Positions 9,436 to 21,400 of a stretch of 64,000 nt of DNA are shown here, one piece after another. The stretch lies in contig CAZBTX010000001.1 in assembly GCA_964494945.1 (NCBI GenBank), positions 67,088 through 131,087 on the forward strand, read 5' to 3'. The stretch's first letter is position 1; each line of letters starts with the position of its first letter. Position numbers and translations under genes: made by a program. Under the pieces are notes generated by a model. The model searched no databases, was not told the DNA's origin, and was given only the letters and a program-made list of their open reading frames with translations. The DNA comes from an uncultured Candidatus Saccharibacteria bacterium (GTDB taxonomy: Bacteria; Patescibacteriota; Minisyncoccia; Sungbacterales; JACQCQ01).

Positions 9436-9532
9436 ATGCAAAATGCAAAAATCAAACATCAAAATGAATGTAGCGCTGAAAGCGCCTCCTAAATTTTAAT
9501 TTTTAAATTTTAATTTTTGATTTATCTAGTTT
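9436..9532. repeat. AT-rich imperfect palindromic spacer (aaatcaaacatcaaaat / attttaatttttgattt)
   Basis: Inverted word repeats seen in sequence. Confidence 0.5.
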
Positions 9533-9533
9533 T

Positions 9534-9977
9534 ATGAATCTCAATAAGGCCATGATCATAGGCAATCTGGTGCGCGATCCGGAATTGCGCCAAACACCGA
9601 CGGGGCAGACGGTGTGTTCATTTGATATCGCGACCAATAGGGTGTGGCTTACCCCAAGCGGAGAGAAAAACCAAAAAGTTGAATACCACCGCATTGTGGC
9701 CTGGGGTAAACTTGCGGATATCTGCGGCCAATATCTTTCAAGAGGGCGCCTAGTATTTGTGGAAGGCAGGATTGAGACAAGGTCCTGGCAAGATAAAGAA
9801 AGCGGCACTAAAAGATACCGCACCGAGATCGTGGCCGAATCCATGCAAATGGGGCCGCGTCCCGGAGAGCGCGAGGAACGTCCTAAAGCCGAAACCGCAC
9901 CAGCCGTTGAAGAAGAACCGGCATCCATTCAATACCCCGGCGGCGAAGATATTGAAGTAAAAGATATACCCTTCTGA
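9534..9977 (+). CDS. ssb: Single-stranded DNA-binding protein
   Basis: MIIGNLVRDPELRQTPTGQTVCSFDIA...YHRIVAWGKLADIC is an OB-fold SSB pattern. Acidic C-terminal tail DIPF. Confidence 0.9.
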   Translation: MNLNKAMIIGNLVRDPELRQTPTGQTVCSFDIATNRVWLTPSGEKNQKVEYHRIVAWGKLADICGQYLSRGRLVFVEGRIETRSWQDKESGTKRYRTEIVAESMQMGPRPGEREERPKAETAPAVEEEPASIQYPGGEDIEVKDIPF

Positions 9978-9984
9978 CTAATAC

Positions 9985-10100
9985 TCAATTTCCAATTACT
10001 AATTTCTAATCAATGACTAATGCCCAAATTTTTAAATTGATCAATTAATCATTGGACATTGGGATTTGATTAGAAATTAGGCATTAGGGATTAGACATTT
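9985..10100. repeat. AT-rich palindromic spacer element built from the words aatttctaat / caatgactaat. It shares an exact 21-bp segment (aatttctaatcaatgactaat, 10001-10021) with the reverse complement at 23963-23983.
   Basis: Seen in sequence. Confidence 0.7.
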
Positions 10101-10140
10101 TATAAACTCTACCAAATTAAATGAGAAGAAACAGAAAATT

Positions 10141-10380
10141 ATGATGAATACTGCAAAATTTATCAAAGCTCCACTGAGGCCCACACAGTGTGCTTTTTGC
10201 GCCACCGGTACGGAAGTCATAAACTACAAAGACAGCGAAATGCTTAGGAAATATTTAAATCCCCAAGGCAAAATTCAACCACGACGCCGAACGGGCACTT
10301 GCGCCCTGCACCAACGATTACTCGCACGCGCCATCAAACGTGCCAGATTTTTAGCCATACTCCCCTATACTATTCGCTGA
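10141..10380 (+). CDS. rpsR: 30S ribosomal protein S18
   Basis: CAFC...[26 protein letters not shown] consensus. Confidence 0.9.
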   Translation: MMNTAKFIKAPLRPTQCAFCATGTEVINYKDSEMLRKYLNPQGKIQPRRRTGTCALHQRLLARAIKRARFLAILPYTIR

Positions 10381-10421
10381 TAAGAAACAAGAAGTAAGAA
10401 ACGAGAACCAAGGACTAACGA

Positions 10422-11456
10422 TTACTCGTCCGGTATACTCGCGGCCTCGCCACTGGCGAGTTTTTCTTTTATTATTTTAGTCAGCTCCGATCTTACTTTA
10501 GGGTTTTCTTTCAGGAATAATCTCGCGGCATCAAATCCTTGTCCCAATTTAACGGCACCGTACGATAAAGACGCGCCGGATTTTTTAACTACTCCGTACT
10601 TAATGCCAAGATTTAAAATTTCGCTTTCGGGCGCGATGCCTTGATTGTAGAATATATCAAATTCAGCAGTGCGGAAGGGAGGGGCCACCTTATTTTTTAC
10701 GATCTTGGCTTTCACGCGATTTCCAATGACCTCATCCCCTTTTTTGATCTGGGCTGCCCTACGCACCTCTATTCTCACGGAGGCGTAAAACTTAAGCGCT
10801 TTGCCGCCGGGCGTCGTTTCGGGATTGCCGAAGAAGACGCCGATTTGCATCCTAATTTGATTTATGAAAATTATCGTGGTCTTGCCCTTAGCCACAATGG
10901 CAGTCAATTTTCTTAGTGCGTGCGACATGAGGCGCGCCTGCAGGCCCATGTGCTGCTGGCCCATCTCGCCCTCAATTTCGGCTCTCGGCGTTAAAGCCGC
11001 CACCGAGTCCACCACTATCAGGTCCACCGCGCCGGATTTAACCAAGGATTCAACTATTTCCAACGCTTGCTCGCCGGTGTCCGGCTGTGAAATGAAAAGG
11101 TCGTTAATTTTCACACCTATTTTCTTAGCGTATTCCGGGTCCAGAGCGTGCTCCGCGTCCACGAAAGCCGCGATACCCCCGCGCTTTTGGATTTCAGCGA
11201 CGATATGCAGAGCCAAGGTCGTTTTTCCGGATGATTCCGGACCGTAAAGCTCCACAATCCTGCCCACGGGAACTCCTCCCACGCCGAGGGCCGCGTCAAG
11301 CGCAATGGAGCCGGTGGGGATGGCGTCAACGTCCACCTTGCGGGCCTCACCCAGTTTCATGATGGAACCCTCGCCGTATTTTCCTTGAATCTCCCTTACG
11401 GTGTATTCCAGGGCCTTAGTTTTTGCCGATTTGTTATCTGCCGATGCTTTAGTCAT
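10422..11456 (-). CDS. recA: Recombinase RecA
   Basis: [33 protein letters not shown] Walker A plus canonical RecA core. Confidence 0.95.
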   Translation of the reverse strand: MTKASADNKSAKTKALEYTVREIQGKYGEGSIMKLGEARKVDVDAIPTGSIALDAALGVGGVPVGRIVELYGPESSGKTTLALHIVAEIQKRGGIAAFVDAEHALDPEYAKKIGVKINDLFISQPDTGEQALEIVESLVKSGAVDLIVVDSVAALTPRAEIEGEMGQQHMGLQARLMSHALRKLTAIVAKGKTTIIFINQIRMQIGVFFGNPETTPGGKALKFYASVRIEVRRAAQIKKGDEVIGNRVKAKIVKNKVAPPFRTAEFDIFYNQGIAPESEILNLGIKYGVVKKSGASLSYGAVKLGQGFDAARLFLKENPKVRSELTKIIKEKLASGEAASIPDE

Positions 11457-11460
11457 AAAA

Positions 11461-12105
11461 TTAATTTATCAAAAGAATATAGCGCGTTTCCTTAGTTATT
11501 TTGCCGCTGACATTGACCGCCTCAAGGTCTATTCTATTGAGTCCCCCGACAAGATACAACCGTTCTTCAAATCCGCCGTCTTCCGCCAGAGTCACGGGTC
11601 TTTGATTAACGCTTAATCGGGCCTCTTCCTTTAATTGGCCTAGTATCATAATTGACGGCTCCCAGGTCGCGAACAATTTGTCTCTTGGTGCTGTAATTAT
11701 CAATTTCGGGGAGGAAATTAAGAACGAAAGCTGATAACCAAAATAAGAAAGTATTCCGAGCCCTATCAGCGCACTAAGTACAAAGACATTATGTCTGGGT
11801 CGGAGATTCGGCGCCATGCGGCGCCACCAAGCCGGTTTTTGGAAGCGAAGGGCGTCTCGAAAAGCGTAGGTCTCCCATTCGCGTATCATGTCATCGCGGA
11901 AATTCTCATCATAAATCCCCAAAAATTCCGCATAAGCCCTGCCATATTTTTCCCAATAAAGCCGTCCGCCGAATTCTCTGAAATTAGTTTTTTCGGCCGC
12001 TAAAATAAAACGTGCCGCCAAGCCGGTCTTAGCGGATACGGTTTCAACGGTATGCCCCAAGGTTTCCCGCGCCTCGCGTAATCTTTGTCCGATTGACGAC
12101 TCCAT
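11461..12105 (-). CDS. RodZ-like membrane protein: N-terminal XRE-type HTH, one TM helix, C-terminal DUF4115-like region
   Basis: HTH ([24 protein letters not shown]), TM ([18 protein letters not shown]), and position between ftsK and recA. Confidence 0.5.
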   Translation of the reverse strand: MESSIGQRLREARETLGHTVETVSAKTGLAARFILAAEKTNFREFGGRLYWEKYGRAYAEFLGIYDENFRDDMIREWETYAFRDALRFQKPAWWRRMAPNLRPRHNVFVLSALIGLGILSYFGYQLSFLISSPKLIITAPRDKLFATWEPSIMILGQLKEEARLSVNQRPVTLAEDGGFEERLYLVGGLNRIDLEAVNVSGKITKETRYILLIN

Positions 12106-12107
12106 GA

Positions 12108-14270
12108 TCAGATAATTTCGTCCTCATCGATTTCGGCGTCATTTGGACCAGTCGTTCTTTCATGCGGCACTAGAATATCGCGCGGCTTGGCGCCGGAGCC
12201 GGGGCCGATAATTCCATTTTCCTCTAAAATATCCAGGAGCCGCGCGGCTCGGGCGTATCCCACCCTAAGCCGCCGCTGCAGTAAAGAAGCCGAGGCCTTA
12301 CCCGATTCAATAACCGTGCGCTTGGCTTCTTCGTATAGCTCATCCCCGGAATCATCATCGGTTTCCCAGGAACTGCTTTCTTTATCCGGCTTGGGCTCGG
12401 TAATGCCGGTTTCGTATACCGGCGCTTCTTCCTCTTTTTTCAAAAATTCCACGACTTTGCGGACTTCCTGCTCCGTTACAAAAGCGCCCTGGATGCGTCT
12501 GGGTTTGGCCGTATCGCCCGCGAGAAACAGCATATCTCCGTTACCCAGGAGTTTTTCAGCACCCGCCATATCCAGAATGGTGCGGGAATCAACCTGGGAA
12601 CCGGTCTGAAACGCGACACGCGAAGTAATATTGGCCTTTATGAGACCCGTGATTATCTCAACTGACGGGCGCTGGGTGGTCAAGATCAAGTGTATTCCGA
12701 CGGCTCTCGCCATCTGGGCCAATCTCACAACAGAACCCTCAACTTCCCGAGGGAAGGCCATCATGAGGTCCGCTAACTCATCAATGATGACCACAAGATA
12801 AGGCAATGGCTCCTCATCGCCATCTTTTTTAGAAGCCAGGTTCACATTGAAACCTACAAGATCTCTGGCTCCATGCGAGGCCAGCAGTTCGTATCTGCGT
12901 TCCATTTCGCGCACCGCCCATCTAAGGGCGTGAATGGTCTTTTTGGGGTCGGTGATAACGGGCGTTAAAAGATGCGGTATGCCGTTATAAATGGAGAGTT
13001 CAACACGTTTGGGGTCTATCATGACAAAACGCACCACTTCCGGCGGATTGCGGTAAAGATAGGAAGTTATTATGGAATGCATGCAAACCGATTTGCCGGC
13101 GCCCGTAGCGCCCGCGATCAAGACATGCGGCATTCTAGCCAGGTCGGCAAATACGGCCGAACCGGAAACGTCTCTGCCTAAAGTAAACAAAAGGGGGGAG
13201 GCGGACTCTTGATACTGTTTTTCCTGCAATAAACTCCTAAGACCGACAAGCGCTATGGACCGATTTGGCACCTCAATGCCGACAAGCGATTTGCCCGGGA
13301 TAGGGGCTTCCATACGGATAGGATGGGCCGCCAAGGCCAGCGCCAGATCATTTTGCAAAGCTGCGATCCTTGAAAGCTTAACGCCCTCGGCGGGCTTTAG
13401 GGTGTACTGGGTAATGGTTGGGCCTACAGAGACCGTAGACATTTCAACCGGTATGCCGAAATTTTGCAAAGTTCTCTGGATGATATTGGCATTGGCTTTG
13501 ATGTCTCCGGAAGATGGTGTGCCGCGGTCGTCATTCAAGAGATCCAGCGGCGGCCTACGGTAAGCGAATTTATGCGTACGCTTTGGAATAACAAATTCAT
13601 CGGTGTTGGGCATCGCTCGCGGCCGTTCTATGTTTTGCGGCGCGGGGACCAATATCGGTTGAAGTTTTGCTCCCACGGCTTCTTTGGCTTGGCGCAGGGT
13701 ATCGGCTATACCGACCATCACTTCTCCTTCTTCATCAACTTCATCTTCGTCATCTCCATTATCACTTCCGAAATGAAGCAACGGAATATTAAATATGATA
13801 AGGAGTGCCGCGATGTCCAGAGCGCCCAAAATTACCATACTCGCCCAGAAATCAAACACCTTCAGAACGGGATAACTCACAAAGAATCCGATATAACCTC
13901 CGGTTTTATTACCCCAAATAAGTTCCACTATGCCGAGTGATACAGCTAAAGCCAAAAGGAGGCCCACTATGGTTGAAACGTAAAATCGCTCGCGAAGCGA
14001 CATCAAAAATGAAAGCCCGCCTAACACCAATACGGCCGGCGCCAAAAAATACCCCCTGCCCAGAAGAGAGTCCAGAATAAGAAAAAAATATTGTCCGAGA
14101 ACCCCGGCCTTAGCGGTATAGGCCAGGATCGTAAGAATAGCCGCCGTGAAAAATATGACAGCGAGCACGCTCTTTTTGGTCTCTGGCGATAAATCGTCGT
14201 GCCAGGCACGGCCTTTTGCCTTATCTCTGGGTTTTTCAAGAGGTGGTCTTCCTCGTTTTCGTTTGGGCAT
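12108..14270 (-). CDS. ftsK: DNA translocase FtsK/SpoIIIE
   Basis: N-terminal TM helices, Walker A GATGAGKSV, and a C-terminal gamma winged-helix domain (LLQRRLRVGYARAARLLDILEENGIIGP). Confidence 0.9.
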   Translation of the reverse strand: MPKRKRGRPPLEKPRDKAKGRAWHDDLSPETKKSVLAVIFFTAAILTILAYTAKAGVLGQYFFLILDSLLGRGYFLAPAVLVLGGLSFLMSLRERFYVSTIVGLLLALAVSLGIVELIWGNKTGGYIGFFVSYPVLKVFDFWASMVILGALDIAALLIIFNIPLLHFGSDNGDDEDEVDEEGEVMVGIADTLRQAKEAVGAKLQPILVPAPQNIERPRAMPNTDEFVIPKRTHKFAYRRPPLDLLNDDRGTPSSGDIKANANIIQRTLQNFGIPVEMSTVSVGPTITQYTLKPAEGVKLSRIAALQNDLALALAAHPIRMEAPIPGKSLVGIEVPNRSIALVGLRSLLQEKQYQESASPLLFTLGRDVSGSAVFADLARMPHVLIAGATGAGKSVCMHSIITSYLYRNPPEVVRFVMIDPKRVELSIYNGIPHLLTPVITDPKKTIHALRWAVREMERRYELLASHGARDLVGFNVNLASKKDGDEEPLPYLVVIIDELADLMMAFPREVEGSVVRLAQMARAVGIHLILTTQRPSVEIITGLIKANITSRVAFQTGSQVDSRTILDMAGAEKLLGNGDMLFLAGDTAKPRRIQGAFVTEQEVRKVVEFLKKEEEAPVYETGITEPKPDKESSSWETDDDSGDELYEEAKRTVIESGKASASLLQRRLRVGYARAARLLDILEENGIIGPGSGAKPRDILVPHERTTGPNDAEIDEDEII

Positions 14271-14431
14271 ATCCGATAATACTTGCCTATTGTATCATTT
14301 TACCCCCATACCCAAGAAGCTACACCCGGGAGAAGGCGCAAACTTAGTAGGGCGTGAGGGTTTACTCCGCGCCCAGAAAGCCGCGTTTTTTAAAGCGGGG
14401 ACGAGAATAGATACAAATCTACTTGCGGCAA

Positions 14432-14473
14432 AATCATACGTTCAATTTGCGGTCGCAAATTGAACGTATGATT
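14432..14473. repeat. 42-bp perfect palindrome (20-bp arms, aatcatacgttcaatttgcg-gt-cgcaaattgaacgtatgatt) downstream of rpoC
   Basis: Seen in sequence. Confidence 0.8.
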
Positions 14474-14476
14474 TTT

Positions 14477-14506
14477 AAAAGCCCCCGACGTACGTCGGGG
14501 GCTTTT
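14477..14506. terminator. Bidirectional intrinsic terminator aaaagcccccgacgtacgtcgggggctttt after rpoC
   Basis: Perfect GC-rich hairpin flanked by A and T runs. Confidence 0.8.
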
Positions 14507-14518
14507 AAATCAGCAAGA

Positions 14519-17500
14519 TTATTCGATCTTGGGGGCCGCAAGCTCGGTGTTACGTATCTCTTTTCGTTTATACCCGGCGATTGGACGTTTCTTATAACCC
14601 GTACCGGCCGGTATCAGGCGCCCGATGATGACATTTTCTTTGAGACCCCTTAGCCAATCTTTTTTTCCTTCAATGGCCGCACCAATCAGCACACGCGCCG
14701 TTTCCTGAAATGAAGCCGAGGAAAGGAAGCTGTCGGTCGTAAGCGCGACCTTAGTTATTCCCAGGAGTATCTGGACGGCTTTGGGCGGCGTTTTTTTGGC
14801 ATGCTCCATCGTTCTTTTCTCTTCACGGAACCTGGTTTTCTCCGCGATCTCGCCAACCGTGAAAGAGGTATTGCCGGGATCTTTGATGCGAACCCTGGAG
14901 AACATTTGGCGCACAATAACCTCAATGTGCTTGTCGTGAATAGGTGCGCCTTGCAGAGAATATATTTTTTGTATCTCTTTGATGATGTAATTTTGCGTAA
15001 CGCTCGAGCCGGCGTATTTGAAAAGTTCTTTTAGATCGGCATGCCCTTCACTGATAATATCGCCGCGCTTGATGCTATCCCCCTTCTTGACATAGACGCC
15101 GATGTGAGTAGGTAAACGGTATTCTTTTCTGTCTTCAAGCGTCGTAGTTTTAGATTTAGCGGACTTTCTTTTGGCCTTAGGGAATTCTTCGTCTGGCACA
15201 ATGCCCACGCTAATAATACGCTCTCTGCCAATCTCCGTTATTTCCTCGACTATGCCGGAAACGTCCGCTACCAAGGCCTTACCTCTCGGCGGCCGCACCT
15301 CAAATACCTCATCAACGCGCGGCAAACCCAGAGTGATATCGGAAGCCCCGGCCACCCCGCCTACATGGAAGGTGCGCATGGTCAGTTGTGTACCCGGCTC
15401 TCCGATGGCTTGCGCCGCTACAATACCTACCGCCTCGCCTATGCCGATCAAAGCGTTTTTGCCCAAATCGTATCCGTAACATTTTTGACAAATGCCGCGG
15501 AAACCCCGGCAAGTAATGGGAGAACGGACTTCCACATTTTCAACTCCCGCGTCCTCTATCAATTTGCTTAGATCCCTATTGATAAAAGTCCCGGCTTTAG
15601 CAATTACTTTGCCTTTGGCGTCCTTAACGTCTTTTAGAAGAGCCCGGGAAAAAATCCTTAAGGACAGGACTCGCCCGATCTCCGCGGAATCAGACCTTAA
15701 TATCGTAATACCTTTTTCCGTTTTGCAATCCTCTTCCGCCACTACCACATCCTGAGATACGTCAACCAATCGGCGCGTTAAGTAACCGGCCTTGGCGGTG
15801 CGAAGCGCCGTATCGGCCGTGCCTTTTCTGGCGCCATGCGTGGAAATGAAATACTCCAGCACGTTCAGCCCCTCTTTATAGGAAGAGATAACCGGCAACT
15901 CCATAATGCGGCCGGCGGGATTTTTAACCAATCCCTTCATACCCGACATTTGCATGGTTTGGTCAATGGAACCGCGGGCCTTGGATACCATCATTAAGGC
16001 GGGAGGACTTTTGGGGTTAAGCGCCAAAGGAACCGCTGCTTTAACTTTATCCATGGTATCGCGCCAGACCTCTATGACCCGTTCGTATCTCTCGCGTTCC
16101 GTAAGAAGCCCGGTTTGATATTGCGCGGAAATGGTAGCAACTTCTTTTTCTGCCGCAGCTATCAATACTTCCTTCTCCGGCGGCACCCTCAAGTCGTCCA
16201 TACCCCAAGAAATGCCGGACTTAGTCGCAAATTCAAACCCAAAACGTTTTATGCGGTCCAGAATTTCCGGACTTCCCGCCGTTCCGTAGGACTTTATGAT
16301 ATTGGATACCACGGCTTCCAAACTCCTGGAGGTCATCTCGATATTTATATATTCGTGTTCCGGGGGCAACACGCGATTAAAGAGCAAACGTCCAGGGGTT
16401 GTTTCTATAATCTCATCACCCCTATGTGTACGCTTGACGCCATTAGCTCCATAGATCTTTTCTTTAGGCAAACAAATTTTTACCTTGGCTCCTAGGGCTA
16501 CCTGATCAAAATCATACGCTAAAATGACCTCTTCTTCCGAACTAAATATCTTGCCTTCGCCTAAGGCCCCGGTCTCGATGGCTGTCGCCCAATAGCATCC
16601 CAAAACCATATCCTGGCTATGCAGCACTACGGGCGAGCCGGTGGCTGGTTTTAGGAGATTGACGGATGAAAGCATTATCTCGCGAGCTTCTCTTTGGGCC
16701 TCATCGGTCAAAGGCACATGCACCGCCATTTGGTCGCCGTCAAAATCCGCGTTGAAAGCGCTACAAACCAACGGATGAATTTGGATGGCGTCCCCCTCTA
16801 TCAAGATCGGCTGGAAGGCCTGGATACCCAAGCGGTGCAGGGTCGGAGCGCGATTCAGGAGCACATATTTCCCCTGAATGACCTCTTCTAATATTGCCCA
16901 AACCTCCGGCGGCCGCTCTTCTATCAATTTACCAGCGCCACGGATGTTGTGGGCAATTTCCAGTTCCAAAAGACGGCGGATCACAAAGGGTTTGAAAAGC
17001 TCCAAAGCCATTTTTTTGGGCAAGCCGCACTGATGAAGCTTAAGATCGGGGCCTACGACTATAACCGAGCGGCCGGAGTAGTCCACGCGCTTACCCAGTA
17101 AATTCTGCCTGAATCTACCCTGTTTGCCTTTCAGCATATCGGAAAGCGACCTTAAGGGGCGTCGCTGGACTTGAGAAGCCACGGGGTTCTGGCCGCGGCG
17201 GATACTGTTATCAATCAACGCATCCACCGCTTCTTGCAGCATGCGCTTCTCGTTTCTAGTGATGACTTCGGGCGCTTTCAGTTCGTGTAGCCGCTTCAGT
17301 CGATTGTTGCGATTGATGACTCTACGATACAGGTCGTTCAAGTCGGAAGTCGCGAACCTGCCGCCGTCTAACTGCACCATGGGCCGCAAATCAGGGGGTA
17401 TTACCGGAATGACAGTCAAAAACATCCACTCGGGGCGAAGGCCAGCCGCAATCATGCCCCTCGCCACCTTCAAACGTTTGATAAGTTTCTTTTTAGCCAA

Positions 17501-18223
17501 TGGCGTTGCGGTTTCCATTTCGGCGCCGAGCTGATGCTCCAATTTATGAAGGTCGACTCTTTCCGTGATCCTTCTTAGAGCCTCCGATCCTATTTCAGCA
17601 CTGAATACATTGCCGTATTTGAGGGACAAGCGATGATATTCAACTTCGGAGATAACACGGTTCAATTCCAGCGAACGCAATTCGTCTTTAGCCCTGTCCT
17701 TGGCCTCTTTTAGGCGCGCTAATTCTGGCTTGTCGGCTTTTTTGATCTTTACTTTATATTCCCGTTCCACGTTTTCCAGCGCTTCTGCTTTAGCTTTCTC
17801 GTCAATGTAAGTAATGATGTAACCCGCGAAATAAATGACTTTTTCCAGATCCGAAACCGACATGTCTAAAATAAGTCCGATCTTGGAAGGCACGCCCCTT
17901 AAGAACCAAATGTGCGAAACGGGAGATGCCAGTTTAATATGCCCCATGCGTTCCCGGCGCACGATAGAGCGCGTAACTTCCACTCCGCATTTTTCGCAAA
18001 CGATGCCCTTGTAGCGAATGCGGCGGTACTTGCCGCAATAGCATTCCCAGTCCTTGGCGGGTCCGAAAATGCGCTCGTCAAAAAGCCCGTCGCGCTCGGC
18101 CCGATTTGTTCGGTAGTTCACCGTTTCGGGTTTGGTAACTTCTCCGTGCGACCAGCCCAAAATCACGTCGGGAGACGCTAGACGCAGGGTGATGGCTTCA
18201 AAATCGCGTAGTCGTGTTTCCAT
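14519..18223 (-). CDS. rpoC: DNA-directed RNA polymerase subunit beta-prime
   Basis: N-terminal zinc-finger region [35 protein letters not shown] catalytic motif, overall length. Confidence 0.95.
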   Translation of the reverse strand: METRLRDFEAITLRLASPDVILGWSHGEVTKPETVNYRTNRAERDGLFDERIFGPAKDWECYCGKYRRIRYKGIVCEKCGVEVTRSIVRRERMGHIKLASPVSHIWFLRGVPSKIGLILDMSVSDLEKVIYFAGYIITYIDEKAKAEALENVEREYKVKIKKADKPELARLKEAKDRAKDELRSLELNRVISEVEYHRLSLKYGNVFSAEIGSEALRRITERVDLHKLEHQLGAEMETATPLAKKKLIKRLKVARGMIAAGLRPEWMFLTVIPVIPPDLRPMVQLDGGRFATSDLNDLYRRVINRNNRLKRLHELKAPEVITRNEKRMLQEAVDALIDNSIRRGQNPVASQVQRRPLRSLSDMLKGKQGRFRQNLLGKRVDYSGRSVIVVGPDLKLHQCGLPKKMALELFKPFVIRRLLELEIAHNIRGAGKLIEERPPEVWAILEEVIQGKYVLLNRAPTLHRLGIQAFQPILIEGDAIQIHPLVCSAFNADFDGDQMAVHVPLTDEAQREAREIMLSSVNLLKPATGSPVVLHSQDMVLGCYWATAIETGALGEGKIFSSEEEVILAYDFDQVALGAKVKICLPKEKIYGANGVKRTHRGDEIIETTPGRLLFNRVLPPEHEYINIEMTSRSLEAVVSNIIKSYGTAGSPEILDRIKRFGFEFATKSGISWGMDDLRVPPEKEVLIAAAEKEVATISAQYQTGLLTERERYERVIEVWRDTMDKVKAAVPLALNPKSPPALMMVSKARGSIDQTMQMSGMKGLVKNPAGRIMELPVISSYKEGLNVLEYFISTHGARKGTADTALRTAKAGYLTRRLVDVSQDVVVAEEDCKTEKGITILRSDSAEIGRVLSLRIFSRALLKDVKDAKGKVIAKAGTFINRDLSKLIEDAGVENVEVRSPITCRGFRGICQKCYGYDLGKNALIGIGEAVGIVAAQAIGEPGTQLTMRTFHVGGVAGASDITLGLPRVDEVFEVRPPRGKALVADVSGIVEEITEIGRERIISVGIVPDEEFPKAKRKSAKSKTTTLEDRKEYRLPTHIGVYVKKGDSIKRGDIISEGHADLKELFKYAGSSVTQNYIIKEIQKIYSLQGAPIHDKHIEVIVRQMFSRVRIKDPGNTSFTVGEIAEKTRFREEKRTMEHAKKTPPKAVQILLGITKVALTTDSFLSSASFQETARVLIGAAIEGKKDWLRGLKENVIIGRLIPAGTGYKKRPIAGYKRKEIRNTELAAPKIE

Positions 18224-18283
18224 GCCAGTGATGTCTAAATTTGCGAGGCCAAGGCTGAAGCAAATTTAGCTACAGCATTGAGT

Positions 18284-18399
18284 ACCCCCCACCACTCCTG
18301 ACATAAGACCAGTGTATATGGGAGGATGTAAGGCGAAGCCGCCTGGCGGCTCTGTCTTTTGAATAAGTGTGAGTGTGACATAAGGAGTGGCGGGGGGTA
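18284..18399. ncRNA. Structured rpoB-rpoC intercistronic element. A 17-bp inverted repeat (taccccccaccactcct / aggagtggcggggggta, one mismatch) encloses about 85 nt that include the hairpin gccgcctggcggc.
   Basis: Seen in sequence. Lies in a 231-bp non-coding gap inside the rpoBC operon. Confidence 0.4.
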
Positions 18400-18454
18400 A
18401 AGGTTTTGTGGCATAATTTTATTCGCTGATGCTCTAAAATTCTGACAAAATCCT

Positions 18455-21400
18455 TTACTTACTCACCATTCTTTCTTTAACACTTGCGTCTTTGGACCGG
18501 ACACTTTCAATATCCGGAATAATTTCTTCTTTTTTCTCTATCAGATCAACGTCCAGCGCCAAGCCCTTGAGCTCGTTCACTAAAACATTAAATGAAGCCG
18601 GGAGGTTGGGTGCTTGTATCTTCTCTCCGTTGATGATGGCTTCGTAGGTGGCAGACCGGCCTTGTACGTCGTCGGACTTAATGGTCAACATTTCCTGCAG
18701 GGTATAGGCAGCTCCGTATCCTTCCAACGCCCATACTTCCATTTCCCCGAATCTCTGTCCGCCGAATTGCGCCTTGCCGCCCAAGGGCTGCTGGGTAATA
18801 AGCGAATAAGGCCCGATGGAACGCATGTGAATTTTATCCTCAACCAAATGATTGAGTTTCAACATATAAATACAGCCGACAGTAACTTTCTGGCTGAAGG
18901 ATTCACCTGTGCGCCCATCAAAGAGCTTGACCTTGCCGTCTTCCGAAAGTCCGGCCTTTTTTAGTTCTTCTTTGATCTCTAATTCAGCGGCGCCCGCCAA
19001 GGCCGGTGTAATGGCTTGATATCCCAAATGCTTGGCCGCCCACCCCAAATGCGTCTCCAAAATTTGGCCAATATTCATGCGAGAGGCCACCCCCAGGGGG
19101 TTTAAAATAATATCAACGGGCGTGCCATCGGCTAAATGCGGCATATCTTCCTCCGGCAAAATGCGCGAAATCACGCCTTTATTGCCGTGGCGGCCCGCAA
19201 GCTTGTCTCCAACGGCGATTTTGCGAAGTTGCGCCACCTCCACCTGTACTTGCTTGATCACGCCGGATTCCAGCTTGTCACCAAGTTCTCTGGAGAACTC
19301 CTGAATGCCGACTACCCTGCCGCGCTTGCCGTGGGGCAAGCGCAAAGACGTGTCTTTAACATCCTTGGCTTTTTCGCCGAAGATCGCTCGGAGCAATCTT
19401 TCTTCGGGCGTTAGATCCGCTTCGCCCTTGGGCGTAATTTTGCCGACTAGAATATCCTGCGAGCGCACCTCCGAGCCAATTCTCACAACCCCCGATTCAT
19501 CCAAATTACGCAGAGCCGTTTCTCCCACATTGGGGATATCGGCGGATGTCACCTCCGGTCCCAACTTGGTGTCGCGAACCGCAATGGAGTAATCTTCAAT
19601 GTGCACGGAGGTAAAAGTATCCTCGTGAACCAATCTCTCATTGATGATTATGGCGTCTTCGTAATTGAACCCGCCCCAAGAAAGAAATGCTACCACTAAA
19701 TTCTTGCCGAGTGCTAATTCCCCATGGTCGGTTGAAGAGCTATCAGCCAGAACCTCCCCCCCGAAAACCTTATCGCCCCTTTTTACGCGTACTTTCTGGC
19801 GGACCGTAGTACCCTGATTAGAACGCAGGAAAGAATTCAACTGGTGTTTAACTGGTTTTGTGGTTTTGTGGTTTTTTACGACTATATGACTGGCATCCGC
19901 TTCCGTGACCTCTCCTTCTTCTTCTGCTAAAAGCACTCTTCCGGAGTCCTTAGCGGAGCGGGCCTCAACGCCGGTTGAAACGAAGGGTAATTCAGGAACT
20001 ACCAGGGGAACGGCCTGCTTTTGCATGTTAGAGCCCATCATGGCTCGATTGGCGTCGTCATGTTCCAGGAATGGAATTAAGCTGGTTGCGATACTGATGG
20101 ATTGCTGACTGGAAACGTCCATCCACTCAACTTTCTCTTTATCCACAGTCGTGGGTTGCCCGGCAATACGTACCTCCACTCTTGGCTCAACTATCAGCCC
20201 ATCCCTAACTTCGGTGGAAGCATGCGCGATAACATACTGCGCTTCCTGCGAAGCGTTCATGTAAACAATCTTGTCGGTTAGACGCGCGTTCTCAACTTTA
20301 ACGTAAGGCGTTTCAATTAATCCTAGTTCGTTAATGCGAGCATACCCCGCCAAACGCACCACAAGCCCGATATTCGGCCCTTCGGGGGTATGAATGGGGC
20401 AAATACGGCCGTAGTGGGTCGGATGCACATCGCGGACTTCAAAGCCGGCGCGTTCTCTGGCAAGGCCGCCGGGACCTAGGGCCGACAGCAATCTTTCGTG
20501 CTCTAGTTCCGAAAGAGGATTGGTCTGGTCCATGAATTGGGAAAGTTGCGAGGAGGTAAAAAATTCTTTAAGCGAAGCAATGAAGGGTCTTGCGTTTATC
20601 AGTTGCGCCGGAGTCAATGTATAAATATCCAGTGTGGACATGCGATCCCGGATGATGCGGGACATTCTGGCAATACCGATGCGAAGCTTTTGCTGCATAA
20701 GCTCGCCGACGCCTCTCACCCTGCGATTGCCCAGCGCGTCTATGTCGTCCGCCGCCGCTTCTTGTTTGTTGTTCAAATTAATTATCTCGCGGATAACCGC
20801 TATTAGATCTTCCAGCGTTAGAACTCTATACTCTTCCTTGGTGTAATCTTTTTTAGAGAGCCCCAACCGCTGATTGAATTTATATCTTCCGACTTCAGCC
20901 AGGTCATAACGCTCAAAGGAAAACATAGAATCAATAAGTGCGCGGGCGTTGTCCACCGTTGCCAGGTCCCCCGGGCGAATGCGTTTATAAACCTCAATAT
21001 AGGCCTCATCGCGGTTCTTGGTCTGGTCTTTTTCCAACGTCTTTTTTATATGGTTGATCTCTCCGGTGTCTATATCTTTAAAGCTATCTTCAATGAACAC
21101 CGTGTCAGCAGCGCCAAAAACGCGCAAAAGCGAAGTAATGGGTATTTTGCGCCGGCGGTCAATTTTGGCGATGATGGTGCCGTCCGTTTCCGTTTCAAAT
21201 TCAAGCCAAGCGCCGCGATTGGGAATGATTTTGGCGCCGTAAAGCTTTCGCCCTCTTGTTTGATTCATGGTGAAATAAACCCCGGAAGAACGGATGAGCT
21301 GGGATACCACCACCCTTTCAACTCCATTCACGACAAATGTGCCTCTTGGCGTCATAATGGGAAAATCCCCGAGATATATTTCCTGCTCTTTGACTTCGCC

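Noticed and set aside
14423-14653. Plus-strand 76-aa ORF
   Set aside because: It spans the rpoC terminator palindromes and the rpoC 3' end, so it is spurious.
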